A DNA stretch of 59,554 nt, counting the filler, from Sphacelaria rigidula (taxonomy: Eukaryota): NCBI GenBank assembly GCA_964200075.2. It is 10 parts of 10 records of this genome, joined end to end, with 100 filler letters (N's around TTAATTAATTAA, not from the genome) between each part and the next. Parts side by side here need not be neighbours in the genome. Positions count along the whole stretch, not along the records: positions 47,725 to 53,589 come from CAXNAA020023876.1; positions 53,690 to 59,554 come from CAXNAA020023877.1; 8 more parts are not named here. The stretch is one strand, 5' to 3'. The notes under the pieces are model-generated. The model searched no databases. It saw only the letters and a list, made by a program, of their open reading frames with translations, and had not been told where the DNA came from. Shown piece after piece: positions 50,094 through 59,554 of the stretch (positions are counted from its first letter, which is position 1; each line of letters starts with the position of its first letter). Made by a program: the position numbers and the translations under genes.

Positions 50094-52211
50094 TCATGTT
50101 AAGCAGTACATTTTCCCCTAATTTTTTCTTCTTCCAGCGGCAGCGCGTGCATGACCATGCTGGTCTGCAGTTCACAGTGATATATGCTCAGATCGGATTG
50201 ATTCGGGAAAACTGAAAGAATTGTTGTGTGCCGAGGGGTTTGACGTTTTCCGACTGGCCCAGCTCGTAGGGACGGAGGCGTGTTTGATTGCACGAAAAGC
50301 AGGGGCTCATTGGTGTGTCAGCCGACATAACACACTCGCGAGTGCGCTCGTATTTGGATGAAAACGGTGGCAAGGGCCGAACAAATCGTTACCGGTTCGA
50401 ATAACTAAAACTATGATCTTTGAGGCCCGATTGCTTGAAAAGGAGGAAAAAAAACTGACCGCGGGTCACTCAAGTCTATGTCTGAAGTATTCACATGGCT
50501 GAGGTGAGCGCATCCGGGTTGCAGTGAGAAGAGCTGAAAACAAGGCCCAAGGAGTGATTCTTCTTGCGGTACACGAATGAGTGACAGTAATAGCAAGCCA
50601 TTACGATATTGAGCAGTGCGAATGAGAGTGTCTTATCGACCCCAAGTGCGTTCAAAGGAAGGCTGCTGCTTTCAACGGCAAGGCAAGCTGAAGTGAAGTA
50701 ATTTTTCGTGCAAGGAATGGCCCAAATTATCCCCCTCCCGTATCATCGAAAGGCTCTATCGATAGGGTGCTCGTATATGCGGAGAAACCGATCCGTTGGT
50801 ACACTGGGGCGATCAGCAGTCTGTCCCGCTCAGATTGTTTGTTTCTCATATTTGAAGAAATGTTGTCTACGAGTACGTGAGTGATGCTACGGTAGGGGCG
50901 CACAAATATTTTCTGGGGTTAGAATTGTAAGGAGCCCTTTATCTCATGCAAAACACGACGTATGAAAATATGTGGAAGCACGCCAGGATTACTACGCTAA
51001 CGTGCTGGGGATATCCCAAATGAATTTGCAAACGGGGATGCCCTGACCCATATTTTTGTGCAACTAGACATAATTCCGCGAAAAAAGTGCACCCCTACCG
51101 CAGCATTGTTCACGTACTCTTTTTTTTGTTTTTGTTTTTCTTGTCATTTTAATACATATCTCTCATGCTGTTGTAAGTATATGTATTAGAATTATCAGTA
51201 TTATTAATGTCAGTGGTCGTGTCGGTGTTATAACTAGTATTTGTGCTACAAAATAGTTAGTGGTAGTACTAGTACCAGTAATAATATTGTTGGAAATATT
51301 TGACTCGTTGTGTCTGGTACTGTTCTCGAAACAGACCGACTACTGTTTTCACGCAGATAATAGTATAGCAGAGGTTGCACGGTGGTAGTCAAACCGCTTG
51401 CTTCTGCAGTAGACAGAAAGTCAAAAGACAAAAAACGGTGTTCGGGGCTCTTCACTTCGGCCGAACAGAATCAAGCAGCCTCTTTTGCAAGCAGAGTGCT
51501 GAGGAAATGAAGAAGAGCTGGTAAAGCTTGGGAGAGTGATTGCGAGGGCGGTAGGGCCCACCGATTCCAAGCATACTCGGTCCTGGAACAAAAAGCACAG
51601 ACCTTTACACACGTTCGTAGGATTGAGTCGTATAATCCAATTCAACCTCGCTACTGCTGACGCGGTAGCCTTGCCAGTTCTTTAGCTTGGATCAACTGCG
51701 AGCTTGCACACAAGATATCTTTCAGCTCACGTGGCCTAAAATACTCTGGTAGAGTATATTTCATCGACAAATCATGGCAACACGCCTACTCTAGCAATAT
51801 CCTGCTTGACGCGTCATTCGAACAGGTAGACTAGAAATCAACGCAAAAGAGGTATTCTCCGTGAAAAAGATTCGTTGAAACGGTCTTACATGGTTCGTAG
51901 TTTCGTTGAACCGCAACAGGTTGTACCGCTATCTTTTGTTGCAACGACTTCATTCGAACGCAATGAATAAAGACTGCATCGTCTAGATTTTTACAACAAG
52001 TATCGGTATCAGTATTACGATTAATATTGTTGCCATGTGCAAGGGCATGGAATTTGTCATTTTTCATTGTCATTTTCCATCCCCCCCCCCCTCTCCCTCT
52101 CCCTGTTGCTCCGTCTCGAAAGGGATGCGTGGTCAATGGTCAAACGATTGAGGCAAGCAACGAATGAGTACCCCCCCTCCCCCCCTCCCGTCCCCCCTGT
52201 TTGTTTTTCAG

Positions 52212-52346
52212 GTTAGCAGCCCGTACGTGTCTACCACCCTCCAGCTTGCACCCGGCATCCCGCTTCACCGGCCCACCAACGGGCATCTCCTGTCCCCCTC
52301 GGACACGTGGTACGAGGGCATGAGGTTCGGGGAGAACTCCACGTTG
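52212..52346 (+). CDS. KRE6/SKN1-type GH16 protein, following exon
   Basis: ttttcag|GTT...TTG|gtgagc, phase 0; VSSPYVSTTLQLAPGIPLHRPTNG...WYEGMRFGENSTL fits the S.SLQ.AP segment that follows the catalytic motif in this family. Confidence 0.78.
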
Positions 52347-55300
52347 GTGAGCAGCTGTCGACATTTGAGATTTACGCGGGAAACATGTCTGGGGATGTAC
52401 TGTGAAGAAAATCTACCTTCCTTTCGTCGTGGAAGTTCACACCAGCGTGTCAGAAATGGCCGCGGGCCCTTGTTGCAGCGCTTAGCCCCCCGTCGACGTC
52501 CTGCCGGCTGGCGCCCCCCGGAGGCCCGCCTGAGGCGAGTTTCTGGGGATATTCACACATTCTTGACGGGGAATCACTGTAAAATGAGCGCTTTTCAGGG
52601 TTATTCAGCCGTTTTGCTTATTTGTCGTCGTCGGCGAGAAGTAACGGACGCCGTTTTTATATTTTCCGCTCATGGTGAAAATGGCGGACGGCAAGGTGCC
52701 AACTTTTGAAAGGTGCGTTCAGTAGGGCCAACTCTTCGGTACCCAGAACTTGGGTAGAATATTGAGATCGTATCCATCAATACCCAGATGTCGAGTAGAG
52801 CATTGCGATTGTACTATCGCAACACAAAAAATCGCTCGCGAGAGTACATACCCGAGTATTTACCCCTGTCAACATACCCTTGCCACTTTTCAAGGTGTCG
52901 GACGAATCAATCGTCACTGATTCAAACCACCGAGTCTCATGATTTTCCAAATCTGGTCGCTCGAAAGAGGGAAAGAGTTGACCACGGACCAAATAAGTCT
53001 CCACACAAGTTTTGCGCTGTTTCACGTGCCTGATGCGCACTTACCTGAGGTGCAGCAGTGCAACGTTGAAAACAGAGCAAGAGGATTGCTTCGTACGGGT
53101 ACGAATCAATCACGTTATAAGCAACTGATTTTCGGACGATTCTTTATTCGCCAGATCCTTACAGCTTTTCGCGATATGTTTTATTTTTTATTTTGTGTGT
53201 GTGAATGTTTTTAGGCCGCTTCTTGTAGAGTGAAAAAAGTGCTTGCGAAAAGTTTGTGCGAACGGCTTTTCTCAGTTTTTTTTTTTTCAGAGAAGTCAGT
53301 TTTCAAAAATCTCACCCTACAGCCGATAAAAAATCAAATCTGGGGTTTCGTACACTCATGGCCATCATCTTGCCTGAGTGCAGAGGGTGGTGGTGGTAAT
53401 TATTTTTGCATCTTGTGGTTGTGCCACCTGCAATAAACCAACACGTAGTCTCGTCCAGGTGCAGAGTAGATGGGATGGTAACACACACATACACTAGCTA
53501 ATGGTATCATAGGGAAGGGCGGGGGGGGGGGGGGGGGGGGGCCGTCTTTTTTGATTTTTTGAAGTGGTAGACCAGTTCCCACCCCCTCCNNNNNNNNNNN
53601 NNNNNNNNNNNNNNNNNNNNNNNNNNNNNNNNNTTAATTAATTAANNNNNNNNNNNNNNNNNNNNNNNNNNNNNNNNNNNNNNNNNNNNTGTAAATATAT
53701 GGACGAGGTATACCCGATCATCTGGCATCTTCCCACCTTCCCAGGGGCTTCAGACGAAGCACAGGTGTGGACATACACACGTATCCAACGTGTGGGATCT
53801 CTATTCAGCGAAAGCGTTTGAGAGCTACTCATCCTTTAGCCCATGTACACATGGACTGGGGGGCAAAGGGATGAATACCTTTCAGCAACTTTTTCTGCGT
53901 GTCGGATCCCATGCGCCGGTGACGATGCAGTATGCGGGATTTGCCCAGCAGCTGACGCTGCTCGCCATAAATTTCTTTTCCCTCAATCTCTGGAACAATT
54001 CGAGGGAAAAGTAAACATTTATTTCGAGCTTCTTCTGCCGGTCAAATTCCGAATCTGCCAGTGTGCATGGGATTTGCGCAGCAAAAGGAGCTGTTCGAAA
54101 TAGATCCTTTTTCGCTCATCTCAAAAATGGGCGAAAAAAGGATCGATCTTGAACAGCTTCTTCTGCTGTTCTAAATAAATCCTTTTCTTTGCCGAAATTA
54201 ATTGGGCGAGAAAAGGATCTGTTTTGAAGAGCTTGTCCTTCTGTCCAAAATATATTCCTTTTCGCTCGACTCAAATCGGGTTAAGAGGAATTTACCTCGG
54301 ACAGGAGGACAAGCTATTAAAGATATATTAATTGAAAATTTTTGTACCAAAATCTTTCGAATTAAAAAAAAAAAAAACTTGAGGTTTTTCCACCCAAACA
54401 CTACCACATGACTGTGCAGGGCTTTGCTGACGTGCCTACACAGGGATGCAAATCCAACCCTGGGGAAAACCCTATCAAAACGCTACGAGGGGTACAGATT
54501 TTGCATTTCACTGTCAGGGTTTTTCACAAAGACTGGGGAGGACCCTGTACGGACCCTGCACAGTGCGCCCCTCAGGGTGCCATCTGTCCACGTGTGCTTA
54601 CCATCGTTACAATATTCAACAGTGATCGCGGGTCAGACAAATTTCTGCCCGGTCGCAGCACCCGCAACTTTCACGGAGGTCAGCGCAAGAAGATTGCCAC
54701 GCAAATGTCGTGAAAGATGATCGCCGCTTGCGCCTTCAAACATGAATCAGAGTGCAAGATGGGTTCGAACTGAGTGGCAAAGAGTCCCCAGCGAAAAAAA
54801 ATCGACTGCGTTGGTCGAAAGTGACCCGGCCCAGCGGGATATTCCCCCCACCCCCGCCCACTCCCTTTAACCCCTACACGTTTTTTCATCGCGCACACAC
54901 ACTGAACATGTCACCTTCCAGCGCACGAACTCGTTCGGCACCTCAAGACCTCGCCTCGAATCCAATGCGGCAGACAGCGACAATGTACAGCACGAGTTTA
55001 AAAGAATGTCTCGTGTTTCTGTACAAAATACGGGCCCAAAAAAGGGGTTCGCACTCATAGGCGGTGAGGGTTGGTCATTTCCAATGCCCCTGATGAACCC
55101 CTGAAAAAACAGCTTTTCTAGTTTTGAACCCAAAATGCGGCATACGGAGTCCATTTGAGTCCACTTGCGAGGAAGGTTCACGGTGAGAGGGTTGACCAGG
55201 TTATCGCGAGCATACAGGTCATCTGTTGAAGAATTAGCGTCCATTTCACTTGAAAAAAAGTACTCAGTGACCACATTACTCAACTCTCGCAATCACAAGG

Positions 55301-57489
55301 AAAATTTTGCCATGATAATCGGCAGACTGAATTTGGAGCGGGACAGATCGCTTGGTAACTTACCAATCAGATCGCTCCATTTCGCTTGGGAATCGCCAGG
55401 GTAGTACTCTAAAACCAAGTGTTCGTGTTCGTGCACCAGGGGAGTGCTGTAATGTAAAACCAAGCGTGGTGCGGTCTACCTCGTAGCGCGTTTCAGAGAT
55501 ATACAGTATCATACATACAGTGTTGTACACCGAACACAATTACAGTACAATAGTACGGTACAGTACACGCGCCCAATGCACGGCACCAGCAGGGGAGTCG
55601 CAGCAACGGACAGCGCGTTGTTCGCCTTACCGAAGACAAAACAGTCAACACATCCATGAGCCTTTCAACAGTGTGCAGCCAGCACTGCGTGCCGACTGAC
55701 ATTGCTTTCTGGAGAGACGAACACAACGACAATAATATCGCAGCTCATGCACTCCAAACCGTCTTCGTAATGCGTGAACACACTATAACAGAACATAGAG
55801 TGGAAGCTCCAACACATGAGAGAGGCTCGAGTGTTTTTGCTGCGGTACAGTAGTGAAACAGGACGTGTCCCATGTTTCAGTCCCCCGTCTGATCGTGGAC
55901 AGGTCTTCAATTTTGGGCCAGTGCCGACTTTGAACACTCGGCCATAGTCGCGCTCATGTCAATTCACTTTGGGTTACCCTACTCTTGGTGTGTGAGGTTT
56001 GGCTCATGATACGGGCTTCGCCCGCTACTTCAATGAAGCAGCGTCTGTCCCGGTACATCTTCGATTTGCCAATGTTTTCGTGAGATTGGGAGTAGGATAC
56101 GATTGAGAGTGAAAAACGGTCAATAAGTGAACGAATCGTTTCAGTTCCGAAATGCTCCCGAACGACGCCCGATTTTCTTTACTGTAGTAGCTTGCCACTG
56201 AGGCCCTCGATATCGACGTATATCTTCCGAGTTTCCCCGATTTGGGCCAAATTGGGGTCCATACAATGCGTCTCCGTATCTGAGGTCCCCTGATCTGCGC
56301 ACGGATCCGTTCTAGCGGCTGCCATACAATTTCGTCTAAAAACGGATGAGGCATATTTCGGCACACAGCCCGCGCAAAAACATGAAGTGAGTAGAAACCC
56401 TGCAATCAATGTACTGTTGAATACTTTCATATCGAACCTGCTGGTCACCCTAGCAACCGTGTCACGGACTGTTGTCTGTAGTTTCAGACTGTATACAACG
56501 GAAATGGAAAGCAGCTCGAGCAAGCCACGTATCGCAAACTGTGTGACTGTTCAAATTACCAGCCTATTAGTGTGGCGTGGATCGGGGTTGAGTTTGCCGG
56601 GTTATGAAGGAAAAATGACATGGACAAAAACGCGTTTTGCGGACGCTAGGAGCACGCTGGGAGCACATCCCCCATTGAAGATCCTGACTTCCGTGTTCAG
56701 ACCGAAATTAAGTCGGGCTAACAAACCCTCACCCAGGGGTTAGCTCTACTGGCGCTGCAGAACAGTCAACGTACACATCAAAGTTGAGGTGTTGACGAAA
56801 GAGCTCTTTTGTCAGAACTTTGCATCAGACACAGAGACGAAAATACAGTAAGAGTTAGACTTTAGGGTACCACCTGGTGGTTGAAGTAGCTTTGTTGATG
56901 CAGTGTGAAATATGAAATTCGCATCTTTGGAGGGGATGAAGTGATCCCTCTTCCATACACTTGAGTTGATTGTGCACGCCGGGGTGTTCAAATCTTCACT
57001 GGGACGAACAGCAACATGCGCTCTGCGCAGAAAGCGCTCTTGCCTTCAGTGACGCGGTGATTCGACGTTACCAACTCATATTTTGTCCGGGGCACACCAT
57101 TCAACTCTCTCATCCAAGGTTTTTGACTATGCCTTCGTTGGGTCTAGGGTCGTACTAATTAGTACATGGCCGCGACACTACAGGTAGGCGACAATAAAAT
57201 TTCAAAAAGTCATGTGGTGACGATGTATAATCAACGGCAAAACTTCGGACTTGAGCACACTTGATCAAGGCACCTGGATCATGGTTGAAATTGATCTTCT
57301 TTGTGTCACACTGTACATACGACTACTGTACCCGAGCTGTACCCCTATGGCACGAACCCCCACCCGGGACATACAGAGAACCACCGGGACAGGGGATAGC
57401 ACACGACAACAGTGCCACAGGCAAAGCGCACTTACAAGGAGCTTGAATCGGCGCCGATATACTTTGTACAGGTGGTCTTAACCCTCCAG

Positions 57490-57586
57490 CCTTTGACCGC
57501 GAGTGTAGGTCACCTGCTAAATCGGCAACAATTTCACTTGAAAGCGTTGGTGATCCGGATGGACCGCCTGCATCGCGGTGTAAGGG
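57490..57586 (+). mobile_element. Solo copy of the ~102-bp piggyBac-like MITE
   Basis: CCTTTGACCGCGAG..GGTCACCTGCT..CATCGCGGTGTAAGGG|TTCA. Other copies lie near 58785-58884, 55185-55260 and 13440-13550. Confidence 0.75.
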
Positions 57587-57973
57587 TTCAAGTACTGTTG
57601 TGACATAGAACTTCAAATTCAAATTACTCACCATGAAAAACAGCTCACAATACCCGTCAACAGTCAAAAACAGGGCCTACAAGTTCTTCACCCACCTTCT
57701 ATGCTCCGGTGCTCCGAGCTCCTCTACACCTTTTCGATCCGTTCCTCACCAGGGTCACCGCCTGTCCCAAAATATAGGGGAATCTGGATGATTCCGAAGG
57801 AGCATATTCTTCGAGTTATTGTTGAAGGTAGAAAGACTCTTGTCACTGTGACAGGTTCAGGTACTGAAGATTTGTGTCTTGGTTTCGAGAAGATATGTTC
57901 TCACTCATTTCAAGGGCCAAAGGAACGGGGTCACGTTATACCAACCGGCGATTTTCTTCTTTCTCGAGGGGGG

Positions 57974-57992
57974 TGGTGTTTAGTCAACACCA
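57974..57992 (-). promoter_or_regulatory. Histone mRNA 3' stem-loop
   Basis: Minus strand TGGTGTT-GACTA-AACACCA followed by CCC, about 32 nt after the H4 stop codon and preceded by an A/C-rich tract. Confidence 0.75.
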
Positions 57993-58024
57993 GGTTAGAT
58001 TTTTGAATTTTGAAGCCAAGCAAC

Positions 58025-58336
58025 TTAGCCGTCGAAGCCGTAGAGAGTGCGACCTTGGCGCTTGCAAGCGTAGATGACATCCATCGTAGTGACAGTCGGA
58101 CGTCTGGCATGTTCCGCGTACGTAACCACATCCTTGACCAAGTTCTCCAGGAAGACCTTCAGCACACCACGAATTTCCTCATATACTAAGCCAGAAAGGC
58201 GCTTCACACCGCCACGACGAGCCAGGCGACGGATCGCGGGCTTGGTGACACCATGAATGGTATCCCTAAGTACTCTGCGGTGGCGCTTCGCCCCGCCCTT
58301 ACCCAGACTCATTCCGCCCTTTCCGCGTCCGGACAT
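58025..58336 (-). CDS. H4: Histone H4, divergent variant (intronless, full length, 103 aa)
   Basis: [43 protein letters not shown] aligns without gaps to canonical H4, with about 20 substitutions. Confidence 0.97.
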   Translation of the reverse strand: MSGRGKGGMSLGKGGAKRHRRVLRDTIHGVTKPAIRRLARRGGVKRLSGLVYEEIRGVLKVFLENLVKDVVTYAEHARRPTVTTMDVIYACKRQGRTLYGFDG

Positions 58337-59554
58337 GTTGTTCTTGGGATACTGTGGTTGTGTTGGCTGATGAGAGGGGTGCTGTTGGATTGTTGTGGTG
58401 TGTGGCAGGCTTGGCGCGTCTGGTGCTGACGATCAATCTACCTCGTGGGTCATCTCTCAATTCAAAATCTTGACTGACCGCGTCGATGAATTAAAAATAT
58501 ATTATTACTAGATAATGGTACATTCTGTATACAGTCAGTATACAACCTACTGTAACAACCAACGTTCAAATATTAGACTCCCTAACATTATGGTCGTTAT
58601 TCACGGGGCTGATTCCGATTTTCCGACTTCATTATCGGGGAAAACATTTTCTCCCCGAAAAATGTGACAGCAGAGCCAAGGAATAGAACAATTCAAGACT
58701 GACTTTACATACAAATTAGTCGGATGAATTAGAGTTCACTTTTTTACAGCATTTTTTATTTCGAACGGAAAAGTTGCCGATTAACCCTTGGACAGCGAGA
58801 GTTGATCATCTGTTGAATCGGCATCAATTTCACTTGAAAAAATATTGCATGATCCAGGGAGACTAACCTCGCAGTCGGAAAAAGAAGGACCCGCCTTCAT
58901 CAGAGTTTTCACTAGCAATGGATCTTCACACAAAATTTCGACAGTCGGTTTGAGCCGGGAAAAAATTCAGCAGGTCATCCTCGGGACATATGCACGTTCT
59001 CCCCTACGGAGTAACACCTCGTTCATCGAGGGGCTGGCCTTTCATGCAGCTCACAAACAAACACCGTTTTTCAATCGTAGCTCGATAAATATCCGGGAAA
59101 TGAAGATGCTGCGGATCAGCATTTTTGTAACACGTATTATTGCTCACAATGAATAATGACGGTACGGATCAGTGCGACTGAGCGTAAATATATATCGACG
59201 AGCGAGAACCTGAGGCTCTGCACTTGACAATGTTTTCGTGAGAGTGATGGTAGAGGAAACGATTGAGAGTGAAAAGTGTCCAATTAGTGAATGAATCGTT
59301 CAAGTTCCGAAATGCTCCTACACGAGGTCCAACATATATGCTTTCCGCAGCAGCTGGCCACCGGCCACTGAGGGAGGCCCTTGATATCCCCGAGTAGGAT
59401 ATCGATGTGTAGCCATGAGCACACGCCAGTGGTAGAGGCAAAGAGAAGCACATACGGAACGAAAAACTGGATAAGTTAACAGGGCCCTTAGACCCACTTT
59501 TATGGCAAGCACGAATCTTGATTTTTTCAAAATCGGGGGGACAAAAAATCGGGG

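Overview
This window is not one locus. It is ten unrelated contigs (four of 5866 bp, then six of 5865 bp) joined by artificial 100-bp N44-TTAATTAATTAA-N44 linkers, so neighbours across a linker mean nothing. The DNA is eukaryotic, repeat-rich and intron-rich; it is probably a brown alga or related stramenopile (inference from gene content and repeat style). Supported coding pieces: an intronless but strongly divergent histone H4 (K8M, K20R, K79P) with a 3' stem-loop; a four-exon class I SAM methyltransferase (Methyltransf_24-like); two exons of a KRE6/SKN1-type GH16 protein; a PX-domain exon; orphan exons; a decayed Ty3/Gypsy element; and a Ty1/Copia RNase H end. Non-autonomous elements with readable TIR/TSD signatures are abundant: piggyBac-like (TTAA), PIF/Tourist-like (TTA), CAC..GTG elements with 8-bp TSDs, and a tRNA-derived SINE. 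Three candidates stand out: (i) a short-intron gene at 45644-47570 whose spliced product follows the motif order of bacterial beta-class N6-A/N4-C DNA methyltransferases but has degenerate catalytic and SAM motifs, possibly followed by a second copy of the domain; (ii) the H4 variant; (iii) an array of ~102-bp piggyBac-type MITEs chained through shared TTAA sites. All protein calls come from motif recognition by eye; no searches were run.
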